Source: a virus (lineage: Duplodnaviria > Caudoviricetes). Taken from it: 52,319 bases of DNA. Positions 28,801-38,900 of the stretch are shown piece after piece (the first letter of the stretch is position 1; the number at the start of each line of letters is the position of its first letter). A program made the translations under genes and the position numbers. Location: positions 1 to 52,319 of IMG/VR virus record IMGVR_UViG_3300007539_000027; one strand, 5' to 3'. Below the pieces are notes generated by a model. The model was given only the letters and a program-made list of their open reading frames with translations. It did no database searches and had not been told where the DNA came from.

Positions 28801-31800
28801 TCTGAAAGTTAGAGTTCCCGAAGTAATTGATACTTCATCTGCAGAACTATCATAATCAACAGTATCAACATCTCCAGTCCAAGTTGCATTCTCTAGTGGT
28901 GGTTTTCCTGCAGGGAGAATGATTAGACCAGATGCATTACCATATTCATCAGTTGTAATTGTTCCATTAAATGCAGATAGAGAGTTACCAGCAATACCAG
29001 TAAATCTCAAGTCTGGATTGACCCAACGAGAAACATCTCTTCCTTCTAGGAAAACATACATTCTCGTGTTTGGTTTCATTCTTCTAATCACATACTTAAC
29101 TGCCGTAGATCTAGCAAAGAATGATAGTGAATTAGAAACAATATTTCCTCTTACGGTCTTAGACTTGACACCTTTACCAACCTCATTGTTTTGAGGACTA
29201 ATATTAGAAGAACTAGATACCGATGCCATTTCGACAGTAGCACCAGATTGTTGAGTGTTAACTTCTCCAAGAGAATTGATAGAAGTGAATGCTGGTGATG
29301 CACCAACCCAGTTTACAACAAACGAATTATGAATACTCGCAAATGCTTCTTTAATGTCTTCTTTTGCCAAGAAGATATTGAAAAGACTTGTATTTGTATC
29401 TACGACTAGTGGTTCTTCAGTCTGATCGTACCATTGATCAATTGATGGAGACAGTTCACCATCACCAACATATTGTAGAACAACAAATGGATTTGGATTA
29501 ACTTTGGTGGAAGCAAAACTGTTACCAAGAAGAGATAGATTTGTATATGGTAGAGTTATAATATCTCCAGTTTTCTTATATCCAGAAACAGATCTTTGAT
29601 CTTCACGAACATTTACTTCTTTTAGTTTGATGTTATCTTCTTTAGATTGAGGACGTAGAACAGACTGTTGAGGATCGATAGCACAACGATGATCCAGTGA
29701 AGTTAGATTTCCTCTATGTGTTTCAAAGTTATCGACAAAGAAACCAGACTTAAATCTATCCAGACCTACACTATCTTTAACTTGCATGTTCAGAGCTTGT
29801 TGCTCTAGGATGCTAAGAGTGGTATAATACTCAAGGCGTTCAATACGCTTCTCTAGTTTACCGATGTCACGCATTGTGTAACGACGGTTATCAACTGGAG
29901 TAATTCTCACATCTTTGCTGGTTCTAGTATATGCTGGAATGTATGCATAGAAGAGAGCAACAGCGTCCTCAATGGGATCTGGTTTGGTTGGGTTCAGTGA
30001 AGAGTTGCCTTCCTTAACAAGGAACTCACCTTTCTTATTAAGGAAGATGCCATCAATACGATCTAGGTATTGGACTTGACTGAAAGAGAATGTATACTCT
30101 AGATTTTTATCGGGAGCAGGACTACTGGAAATAACTGCACCAGCACCAGCAAAAGATCCTTCAGTGACTTCTAGAATTGACTTGTCGAGATAACCTGGGA
30201 TGATAGCATTAGCATCAACTTTTGGACGGAAGTCAATTACATTCTTGAGTTCGATATTTCCTAGTACAGGAGAATTAAAGGATGGAATTTCATCCTCAGG
30301 AACACCTGCCTCATGTAAATAACTATCGATGGTGACAAAATCACCCTGAGAATGTACAAAATAGTCAAATGCAATAACTAGTTGTCCACCTGCTGCCTCA
30401 AATCCTGGTTTGAGAACTAGTCTAGAAACGTCATATACTGTGTCTCTTTGACCATCATCAAATGTATAACGTGAAGTAACGTCTGTACCAGATACTAGGT
30501 TACCAGCTGTATCAACTTCAGGTGGTTGAGATGGTGTACCCTCATAAACATATCTTAGTTTGAATACATCAGAGTAAGAAACTAGTTCGATGACTTCACT
30601 GTCATAGTCATTACCTCTCAAAGGAATAACACGGTCACCAGATGCAGTAACAATAATTCTCTTATTTCTAATAGCAGTCTTAAGTCTTGGTTTCGCATTA
30701 GAAACTTCCAAGGTTGCAGTCAACTTAAGTTTAGGGAACGTTCCATTGCTAGGAATAGTTCCAAAATATCCACTAGGAATTTCTAGACTGATAGAACCAG
30801 AAGTTAGACCACTTGCAGTATCAGTAGAAGAAGCAATTGATACCGAATCTGCTGGAATGTATACAATATCACCTTTTACAATATCAGGTGCATCACCTGG
30901 GTCTAGAACTGTGATAAGGTAGTTTTCTTCTGTGAATGCTGTAAATCTTTGTGTACCAAATGGTAGTTGAGCAGCAAAAGTGATGACACCATCACCAGAT
31001 GCAGCAGTTGTGACAAAATCTCTACGGAAGTAATACTTAATCTTAGTATCATCTCCACCAACAGAAATTTGTTCTACTTGTTTACTGCCAGTTGGGAATA
31101 GCAGTGTACCAGAAGTTGTGTTAGTTGCTTTCGGACGCAAACGCACAATACTTGTGTTGGTTACATCTCCAGGAAGTGCAGTGTCTAGATAAATTCTAGT
31201 CTTAGATGCACCTCCAGCTTGAGTTGCATATTGTACAATAGCACGAACCAAATTGTTATCAGCATCAGAGAACTGAATAAGATCTCCTTGCTGAACCAAA
31301 GCAGAAGCATCAGCACTAAAACTGGTGGATTCTACATACATTGTTCCTTTCTTACCAAAGAAAGTAAAGTCGGTTACAGATGTAATAGAAGAGTAAGTCT
31401 GATCATCAACTACTAGATCAGCACTAAAACTATTAGTTCCACCAGAACCATAAGTTCCAGCAACAGATTTAATATTTTGTGGAGTGAAGGTAGTTACTGC
31501 ATTTCTTACTAGGACAGGACGAACAATAGCAACTCCACCACTATCTGCAGTTCCAATAGCTGTAACTACTGGTGGTTGAACAAACTCAAGATTACGTGCA
31601 AATGCTTGGTTAGCAATTTCAATTTTAGTAACCTTACCACCAAAAACAGTTACTGTAAACTTGGAGCTATCGTAAGTAACACCATTGAGTTGAACTTTTG
31701 CATCAGTTGCCGTGTAACCACTTCCTCTCTTTGTTACAACAAAATGGGACAGTGTATTGTTTTTAGCAATTCTTACTGTATTGCCATCTTCATCTCTGAC

Positions 31801-33963
31801 AGTTTCACCAGACTTAAAGTTGCCTGTAAGTGTCTTGACAAATAGTAACCTTCCTGTAGAATAAACACCAGAAGCAGGACCTTCTACAACACCGTATGCG
31901 CCACTTTCTAGACCAAATACATATTTACCTTCATCAAACCCAGAAGGAACGGTTTCTAGAAGAATTCTGGTAAAGAACTGAGGATCAAAATAAGACAATC
32001 CAAAGATACTGTTGTAACTAGCAGTACCACCTGCAAGACGACCTCTAGATAGAACGATGTCACTATCAGAGTTAAAACCCTCGCCACGCTTTTGTAGGAA
32101 GAAGTTGTTTGGTTTTACCTTACCAATTACAGGTGTAATGCAATCACTATAGTCCCTGATCTCTCCCCAGTATACGGTATCAGCATTGGCAGATTCTGCA
32201 TCTGCTTCAGTGAGATACAGTTTTGTTAGTTTCTCTGCATCACCATCATTATGCTCAATCAGTAGTTCTTCTAGATCTTTCTTGTTTCCAAACAAAGTCA
32301 ACTCAAGAAACTGAGCATTTTCGTTTGTGTCGAGTTCTGGTCTGTTGATGGTAGCAAAAGAAAGAGTTTTTGCAACTCCAATATCAGTTGCAGTTCCTTC
32401 TGCACTTCTTGCTTTTACATAGTAAACATTAGCATATGTTGTTTCAAAATTAGCGTCAGTGATAGCACCTAGAGTTGGTTGACCATTAGTTCCAGTAATC
32501 CTAAGAGTAACTGTCTTGATAGCATCATTTGCTGTAAATGTCAGACCACGCCTTGCAATAGTTTGTCTATGATCTGTAGATCCTTCCGTTCCATTAGTTC
32601 CAATCGATCCATCTGAGAATGATCCATATAGGAAGATATCTGGGTACGCTGTAAGATCCGAACCTTCCTTATTAAGAGGAACGCTACCATACACATTAGT
32701 AACAGACAGAGTAGGTAGACCTCTGGACTTCAGCGTTACGTTATCAGAAGATGTGCTTTCCCTTGCTTTATTGATCTCAAGATACTTAGTCTCTTTGTTG
32801 ACGATCTCGTATCCTTTGATGTATGCTTTACCAGGACCAATGCTAGCAACCATCTTTCTGGAAGCTTCTCCAGCATCATATCCATTGTAACGACCAAACT
32901 CATCAGCACCGTAAATGCCTCTGTTGCCATCTTTTTGTGCCCATTCGCGCATGTCGATGTCGAAGTTATCGACAACGTAGTCACCACTCTCATCAAATGT
33001 TCTGCGAGCAAGAGTTTGCTCTAGAACACTAAAGTCTGTTGGACTAACTTTTCTTTGTACAATACCTCTCTTAACTGTGAGAAGTTGAATAAAATTCTTA
33101 TCAGTAATCGCATCCAGAGCAAACTCTCTAATTTCTAGACCAATTCTTAGTCTGTGTGCTCCAGGTGCAGTGTAATTAGAAGAACCAATAGCATTATCAT
33201 ATAGAGACGCATCTGCTTCTGGTGTTACAATATCCTCTTTAATTGTAAATCCTACTTTCGCGGATGGTTTATCGTAATACTCTTCAATGACAAGAAGTTG
33301 CTCATCATTACGGACAAAATAACCGTTAACAAAATAGATACCTTCTTGTACTTTAACAGCAGAACCAAATCCCATTGCAGGACTTTCTAGAGAAGTGACT
33401 TCTCCAGTATCTGGATTGGTTATCTGAATACTAGTTGGCAGAACACTACCATCAGTACCAACAACTAGAAGTGGTGTGTTGACACCATCAACAACCTCTA
33501 GAGTTTCGCCTTGACGGAAAGTAGGTTCAGTGTTAGAATTACCACTGTTAATGTAACTAACGAATAGAGTATCTGCTGTGCTCTCTGTCGCTAGTTTTGT
33601 TGACAAAACAGTGCCAACAACACCAGAAGTTAGACCTAGAAGTTGTTGTCCAACAAGTTGTGAAATGTCATATTTCTTATAGACAATTTCATTTCCTTCT
33701 GAAATAGCAACCTCAGAAACAGAAGACAACTTAACATAGTCTAGTTTTGTATTAAGACCTACCTCACCAGGAATTACCTGTTCTCCCTGCTTGAAAGCAT
33801 ATCTACCAAAACTCTCAATTTGGTTTTGGAGAATGGATTGAACTTGGGTTAATTCCCTACCTTGAATAGAGTATCCAGGACGGAATAGAATCTTATAGAA
33901 ATTCTTACTCGCGTCAAAGTCCTCATAATAAGGATTTACATTTAGGTTAGTCTTCTGTGGCAT
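25870..33963 (-). CDS. VrlC-like (DUF4815-type) virion structural protein (2697 aa)
   Basis: NLNVNPYYEDFD..KNFYKILFRPGYSIQGRELTQVQSILQNQ, APGAHRL, LARRTFDESGDY, RRYTMRDIGKLEKRI, PLAQTF; follows gp8. Confidence 0.85.
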   Translation of the reverse strand: MPQKTNLNVNPYYEDFDASKNFYKILFRPGYSIQGRELTQVQSILQNQIESFGRYAFKQGEQVIPGEVGLNTKLDYVKLSSVSEVAISEGNEIVYKKYDISQLVGQQLLGLTSGVVGTVLSTKLATESTADTLFVSYINSGNSNTEPTFRQGETLEVVDGVNTPLLVVGTDGSVLPTSIQITNPDTGEVTSLESPAMGFGSAVKVQEGIYFVNGYFVRNDEQLLVIEEYYDKPSAKVGFTIKEDIVTPEADASLYDNAIGSSNYTAPGAHRLRIGLEIREFALDAITDKNFIQLLTVKRGIVQRKVSPTDFSVLEQTLARRTFDESGDYVVDNFDIDMREWAQKDGNRGIYGADEFGRYNGYDAGEASRKMVASIGPGKAYIKGYEIVNKETKYLEINKARESTSSDNVTLKSRGLPTLSVTNVYGSVPLNKEGSDLTAYPDIFLYGSFSDGSIGTNGTEGSTDHRQTIARRGLTFTANDAIKTVTLRITGTNGQPTLGAITDANFETTYANVYYVKARSAEGTATDIGVAKTLSFATINRPELDTNENAQFLELTLFGNKKDLEELLIEHNDGDAEKLTKLYLTEADAESANADTVYWGEIRDYSDCITPVIGKVKPNNFFLQKRGEGFNSDSDIVLSRGRLAGGTASYNSIFGLSYFDPQFFTRILLETVPSGFDEGKYVFGLESGAYGVVEGPASGVYSTGRLLFVKTLTGNFKSGETVRDEDGNTVRIAKNNTLSHFVVTKRGSGYTATDAKVQLNGVTYDSSKFTVTVFGGKVTKIEIANQAFARNLEFVQPPVVTAIGTADSGGVAIVRPVLVRNAVTTFTPQNIKSVAGTYGSGGTNSFSADLVVDDQTYSSITSVTDFTFFGKKGTMYVESTSFSADASALVQQGDLIQFSDADNNLVRAIVQYATQAGGASKTRIYLDTALPGDVTNTSIVRLRPKATNTTSGTLLFPTGSKQVEQISVGGDDTKIKYYFRRDFVTTAASGDGVITFAAQLPFGTQRFTAFTEENYLITVLDPGDAPDIVKGDIVYIPADSVSIASSTDTASGLTSGSISLEIPSGYFGTIPSNGTFPKLKLTATLEVSNAKPRLKTAIRNKRIIVTASGDRVIPLRGNDYDSEVIELVSYSDVFKLRYVYEGTPSQPPEVDTAGNLVSGTDVTSRYTFDDGQRDTVYDVSRLVLKPGFEAAGGQLVIAFDYFVHSQGDFVTIDSYLHEAGVPEDEIPSFNSPVLGNIELKNVIDFRPKVDANAIIPGYLDKSILEVTEGSFAGAGAVISSSPAPDKNLEYTFSFSQVQYLDRIDGIFLNKKGEFLVKEGNSSLNPTKPDPIEDAVALFYAYIPAYTRTSKDVRITPVDNRRYTMRDIGKLEKRIERLEYYTTLSILEQQALNMQVKDSVGLDRFKSGFFVDNFETHRGNLTSLDHRCAIDPQQSVLRPQSKEDNIKLKEVNVREDQRSVSGYKKTGDIITLPYTNLSLLGNSFASTKVNPNPFVVLQYVGDGELSPSIDQWYDQTEEPLVVDTNTSLFNIFLAKEDIKEAFASIHNSFVVNWVGASPAFTSINSLGEVNTQQSGATVEMASVSSSSNISPQNNEVGKGVKSKTVRGNIVSNSLSFFARSTAVKYVIRRMKPNTRMYVFLEGRDVSRWVNPDLRFTGIAGNSLSAFNGTITTDEYGNASGLIILPAGKPPLENATWTGDVDTVDYDSSADEVSITSGTLTFRFTSSSTNAPKAEVDSYTEVKYYATGILPENPGSIVSTKPSYFKSNEGVQLIESNTDNPVRPNPLAQTFKVENLDGGCFVTGVDLFFSKKSTNVPIKTYITNVDAEKPGKNVVPGSEKVLPPNTFLKCYANGDVSVYKGDVVTGNSSAASGPILKIFDKNNVELVATASGKYSLTNEQVYTVVLSNHNGKSFVQNEDLSIPSVTQANNLNGTQLKLTIAKDSGKVSALRVTNPGLNYDSAILTIESPQLPGGSTATARIDVSGGKVYNAEVSLNGFGYTEAPSVVVKGVGNGAGGCTIQTFIEIDTPAVRMGVATDQEGTTESTTPTYFAFEHPVYLQNDTEYALVVETDSTDYQMWTSKLGETDVSTSTVITTQPSLGSVYKSQNTESWTEDIFEDLKFTLYRAEFDISRPATLELKNENLGYELLQENPIETSASANTNATSLLFKNNNRVLKISHRDHGFEDSGKSYVFFRSVLETGGITADILNSELFAVSNAGVDSYNITSATRASSSSVGGGVQAYATHNRKFEVLYPQVNYLSFTGTKLENTVRTTNVIPVDSRTTNYVSYSQSDYEKTFLNEPHFFTNQKMIASQINETLNNLSSSLTYKMVLSSTKSHLSPLVDLSSASVKTSSSRVENASGQEGRYGRKDQIIKFFPVYQFQLAGNGGTEIQENQIIKGVTTKATGIVARVNGSVVYVRVKTAQFFQKGETVELGNQLSLTGVTVDSNPTELFFDIADGATIVARNPNVLAQTYDNVITGKAVLWNNKSQELTLRTDVQPINDDFTSRIIDNAAFTRNATTNEQSADIFRVGDIIKYPTQPDEEDNYLEIGTITYTNGIDFVAEDTSKNSSSIAKYVTKEIGISNPATSIDVRLTANVKDITNVKVLYKIKKSSSQENFEDIEWEYFNGDGSPSVFEIASSENSISSAVEKQSSYQELQYSVDSLPEFSSFAVKIVMNTVDPAFAPKIQDIRAVASF

Positions 33964-33998
33964 TGTTTTCCGCCAAATCGCTAGTATCTAGTCTCTAG

Positions 33999-34005
33999 TA
34001 TTTAG
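33999..34005 (-). promoter_or_regulatory. Late promoter motif
   Basis: Minus-strand CTAAATA about 36 nt upstream of ATG 33963, just past the gp8 terminator. Confidence 0.65.
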
Positions 34006-34012
34006 TAGAGAT

Positions 34013-34040
34013 AAAAAAAATCCCCCCATCTCTGGGGGGA
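34013..34040 (-). terminator. Rho-independent terminator after gp8
   Basis: Minus strand TCCCCCCA-GAGA-TGGGGGGA followed by T8. Confidence 0.9.
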
Positions 34041-34058
34041 CTTAATCTCTCTTTCACA

Positions 34059-35915
34059 TCAGAATTCGATTACTAGTTTGATGTCTTCAATCTGGTCAGG
34101 AGCACGGGTGATTAGACGACGGTTCTCAACGTAGATAACCTCGCCAGAGTTGTTCAGAATTTCAGAAGGTGCAATACCATTTGTGAAATCGGAACCTCCA
34201 CCACTACCAGTGAAGTTAGCAATGCTTGCAGAAGCAGAAGAAGATTCTCCAGTGACTGCACCAGATGCTTGATTAAAGTCTCTGACTACACCCTGATCGG
34301 TGTGTGCATCAGTTGTTTGGATGTACTTGAGAATACCATTGGTTGTCGAACCACTATCAAGTGTCCAAGAAACTACTGTACCCTTTGCAGTGCCACCAGG
34401 AACGGTCTGAACGATGGTCTCGTCAACAGAGAAGTCTGCAGAACCACCAGATAGAGTGACCTTAAGTGCCTTTAGACCAGATAGAGTATCTTCAATTGCA
34501 ACGTTGCCAGGACCATCAGTAAGAAGTGGGTCGGCAATGATGCCAATACGACGGAAGTCATTGTCTACTGGGAAGTCACCACCACCCTCAGCATAGGTTA
34601 GGCGAATGTTGGTCATTACGCGCTTACCGTTCAGTTCCTCTTCCATGTCGGAACCATGACCACCTGCAGGTGGCAGGATAACCTCAATAGCACCAGCTCC
34701 TTCCCATGTTCCAGGGGTTGTTACGGGGTTGGTTAGAACACCATTCGTGTTTGTACCGAAGAGGTTGCCATTGGATAGTAGAACGTTACCATAAGTGTAA
34801 CCAGATCCACGCTCTACCATTCTAGCAGAGTTAATAATACCGCCACCAATAGTGCTGATTTCTACGATAGCACCAGATCCATCACCCTTGACTTCAGTAA
34901 AGAAGGTTTGGGAAGCAGGAAGAAGAGCACCAGGATCTTCAATGATACATGCATCAATAGCACCATTAACTGCTAGAGATTCGGTAGCAACACGAGAAGC
35001 ATTAGCAGGAAGAACGATTGGCATGAAGTCAGAAGAAAGGAACTTCAGAACATCATCGGTTGGGATGGTGTACATGTACTTCCAAACATAGTTCTGACCA
35101 GCAGTGTTTGTGGTCTCGGTGTAAAGACCAGTTGAAGCATCGTAGTTTGCTCCACCTACGACTGGTTCTTCTAGAGCATCGGGAACTACGGGGGATGCGC
35201 CAGTCTTCTCTCCGTTGAAGATGCACTTGAATACTTCGTACTGAGAGTTCATTACGTAGAACTTAGCATCGGCAATGCTGGTAGCACCAGTAACACCTGC
35301 TTTACCTACTTGACCGCCACCACCAGGGGTAGCAGAGTAATCAGGCTTCCACATGTCAAACTTAGGGTTGACATTGGTATCCCAGTTGTAACGTCTGATA
35401 ACTGTTCTTGCAAAAGCATCAGAAATACGCTTAGCAGCAATTAGTTCATCATATAGGTTTCTCTTCTCTCTTTGGTTGTCTAGAGGTAGGGGAGGAACGT
35501 TTTCGTCAGCATAACGATAGACACCTGCTTTAGCAGTAGCGTCTGTAACGTCGGAACCAGATCCAGCAGTTCCATCTCCACCAGTGCGGACTGCTAGAGA
35601 AGCACCAGCACTAGGAGCGGAATTAATACCATTGCTGCCAAATACGTCGGTCAGGATCAGGGCACTATCATAAACTGCAGCAATAGTAGCACGGAAGGTT
35701 CCAGGGTATGTACCCTCATAAACTTCATCGCCTACCGAGAATGTACCAGTTCCTCTGGAATAAGTTTCTAGGTATGCCTTCCATGGTTGCGGACGACCTA
35801 CAAAGAAATACATCTTAGTACGATTTGGATCAGTCGCGGAAGATCCCTCTGTCAGGGATTCTAGGAATTGTTTCGCGTTAAAAATACGAAACTTATCAGA
35901 AATAATAGCAGCCAT
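34059..35915 (-). CDS. gp8: Baseplate wedge subunit (T4 gp8-like)
   Basis: MAAIISDKFRIFNAKQF, FYVMNSQYEVFKC, YVWKYMYTIP, DFRRIGII, IYVENRRLITRAPDQIEDIKLVIEF. Confidence 0.9.
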   Translation of the reverse strand: MAAIISDKFRIFNAKQFLESLTEGSSATDPNRTKMYFFVGRPQPWKAYLETYSRGTGTFSVGDEVYEGTYPGTFRATIAAVYDSALILTDVFGSNGINSAPSAGASLAVRTGGDGTAGSGSDVTDATAKAGVYRYADENVPPLPLDNQREKRNLYDELIAAKRISDAFARTVIRRYNWDTNVNPKFDMWKPDYSATPGGGGQVGKAGVTGATSIADAKFYVMNSQYEVFKCIFNGEKTGASPVVPDALEEPVVGGANYDASTGLYTETTNTAGQNYVWKYMYTIPTDDVLKFLSSDFMPIVLPANASRVATESLAVNGAIDACIIEDPGALLPASQTFFTEVKGDGSGAIVEISTIGGGIINSARMVERGSGYTYGNVLLSNGNLFGTNTNGVLTNPVTTPGTWEGAGAIEVILPPAGGHGSDMEEELNGKRVMTNIRLTYAEGGGDFPVDNDFRRIGIIADPLLTDGPGNVAIEDTLSGLKALKVTLSGGSADFSVDETIVQTVPGGTAKGTVVSWTLDSGSTTNGILKYIQTTDAHTDQGVVRDFNQASGAVTGESSSASASIANFTGSGGGSDFTNGIAPSEILNNSGEVIYVENRRLITRAPDQIEDIKLVIEF

Positions 35916-35951
35916 GGGTTTCTTTATCCGACGTTATGTTTGTGCCTGAGT

Positions 35952-35976
35952 TATTTATATTTATAGCAATATTTAG
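35952..35976 (-). promoter_or_regulatory. Cluster of late promoters upstream of gp8
   Basis: Two overlapping perfect TATAAATA (35952-35959, 35958-35965) plus CTAAATA (35970-35976) on the minus strand. Confidence 0.8.
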
Positions 35977-38900
35977 ATGATTGTGAACGGGATGACATCA
36001 TCACCATTTGCAACCGCATCTGGTCCTCTAAACAGTGTACAACCAGTGAATGCAGCTGGTTGTTTACCAGTATATTGGATAACGGATCCGCTACTGGTGA
36101 ACAAATACCCTTCAGATGGGAAGTGTGTGGTATCCTGTACAATTAGTGTAGATGGAACTGTTCCCGTAGTAATCGTTGTTGTAACTGGGTTCTGGATAGA
36201 AGGTGGAGCATAGTTGAAGTAGAGACCAGATTGTGTATAACTAGAATTTCCTCTTTCTGCAAAGTCAGAAATCCTCAATGTTGGGAAGTAAAAATCAATA
36301 TCCGAAAGTGTATATCCAGATACATTTGCAAATCCAGGATCGAAGATGCCGTCAAACATACTGATTGTGTGACCAGCATTTGTTCTGGTATAATTACCAA
36401 CATACTCTGAAGTTGCGCGGAACAAACTGTTGAATATTTCAACTTCAGTTGTGTCTCTCTTAACTACAGTATATTGACCATCAACATCAATAAGGTCAAC
36501 AGCATTGCCATTTCTCTGAATTAGAGGATCTGATAGGAAAGCAGTCTCTTGATAACCATCAATCACACCTCCTGGTGGAGGAGTAATTAGCATTTCAGGT
36601 GTTACAACATTGATGGAGAAGTCTGCAGGGGCAGCAACCTGTCTCTGTACTTTTCTTTCAAATCCACCTGCTGCAGCAGATGCACTAACCATAGTGACAT
36701 CGCTTTCGCTTTCGATTGTAACAATACCAACGGATGCAACAGATACAACCTCTGGAATTTGTCTCAGGAACGTTCCTGCTGCCCAGAACTGTGCGGTTGT
36801 TCCCTTTCTTCCTCTAGTTACGTTGAGGAAACGATCATTGATCTTACGGGCGTACTCAACCATCTCATTACCAATGAGAAGTTGACCCATTGCCTTGAAC
36901 TTAGCAGTATCAGCAATGTAAACAACGTTATCAGTAGGATCGAGGTCAACCTGTAGATATGCACCAACCTCAAAGAAGTTGACGTTACTGATTGCAGTGT
37001 TAGGAATTTCAATTTGTTCAATCTGAGTGATTACTCTACTTACAGTAGAAACAGAGTTGAAAGTCTGTACAGACTGTACTCCAGAAGTTACTTCAGTAGC
37101 ATCATAGAATACATCAATAACTTGTACTTCATCAGCAGAAGTTCCTGTTTCACTGAAGATTTGTATATAATCTCTCTTAGGATCAAGAGTTCCACCAATA
37201 GAGAATACTTCGATTTCATCTGGAGTTAGTTGTCTATTGATTGTGATATTGGCATCAGTGATTGCACCAAATGTAACACTAGAGATACTATCGATAGCAT
37301 TGATACCAGCATCACTAATAGTATCAATGGTGGAAACACCATTCATACCAAATCCAGTAATATTGGTATTAATACCGATATTGACTAGAGATACACCGAT
37401 ATCTCTTTCTTGGAGAATATCAAATCTTCTAGAAACAACAACTAGTGGTGCTTCAGTGTAACCAGAACCGCCATCAATCAGGTCAACGCTAAGAACTTGA
37501 CCTCTTAGAGGTTCAACTAGAACATGTGCTTTAGCGCCACCACCCTGTCCATTTCCAGGAATGAATTTAAGAACTGGTGGTGTAAAATAACCATATGCAG
37601 TTGGTTGTGTGATAGGATCAAAACTACGTTGGTTCCATGTCAAAGAAACAACAACACCATTCTCTACATTAGCAATTACACTAAGACCTTCACCACGAGT
37701 AACACCTGTGTAACTTTCAATGTTTACAGCACCATAGATTTCATTGCTAAGTGGAGTATTGTCTCTGCCTTCTTTGGAAGTTGCTTGTTCTGGAAGTTGT
37801 TTAATGCTTCTAAATTCATTCTCACCTTCTACACGGATCTTATCACCATTGGATAGATAAACGAATGGATTTCTGTAAGATTTTCTAAGAACAGTTCCAA
37901 ACCACTTAGCGTTGTCATCTCTTAGAAGTTTTCTTCCAGCATCATCAGTTTCATATACAATAGATGCATTGCTAAATGCGCTAGAAGGAATAGTGTAAGT
38001 TCTATCATATGCACCTGCCACAGCAAATACAATATCAAGGGATGTATCAACTACTGCGTTTTGCGTTTTAAGGTCCCAAGTAACATCTGTACCATCAAAA
38101 TAGTAATTGGACACTTCACCAATCATAGTCTTAAGACCAGTTGGTTGAATTTGCCATACTTGGATTGGGAAACCAATCTTATCACCCATCCACTGATACT
38201 TGGTATAATTGTCTAGTACAGATGTATCAATATCATTAATCGTGAACACACCTCTAGCATAGTATGTGTCTGGAGAATAATCATATAGGTTTAGGATCTG
38301 ACCAACATCTCTACCATATAGGTAGCGCATATCAATCTTAACTTCCTTCTGAATAGGAACAGTGAAATAGATATTCGGACCAGCAACTGAATAACTATAT
38401 CCTTCTCTTTGAAGAACACCATCTAGGAAGACATATAGATTGTCTTTTGCATCAATAGATTGTACTTTATAATCTTCTACATCTAGAATTAGGAAAGGAC
38501 CAGACTTAACGCCATCAACTAGTTGATAGTCAACAGTAAGTCTCTTATAGTTACCAACACCGATCATGGAGATTTTCTCCATTGCAGTTGGTTCACCAAT
38601 TGTCTTGGCACCCAGATCTTGATCCCAAATAGGTGCTACATCAAATTTAATTTTATTAGGAATTACAGATCTGTCAATAAAGTATGCGTCTTCTCCAGGA
38701 TAGTCTTCTGTATATTTTGGTCTCTGTAGTACAGCGTTAAGTGTTACAAATAGATCTTCATCTTCTTGTGTGTTTACAGGATCATTGTTATCCCAATATA
38801 GTTCAAACTCTTTTGTCTCACCATCAATAAAATCTGGTAATGCTTGAGTTACCGATTGTTGTGCTAGAATAGAGGAGATATTTGCAGACAGAGAATCTAC

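Noticed and set aside
20021-33963. Missing T4 gp9-gp12 and wac between gp8 and gp13
   Set aside because: Replacement by VrlC-like and large fibre genes is the usual layout in T4-like cyanophages
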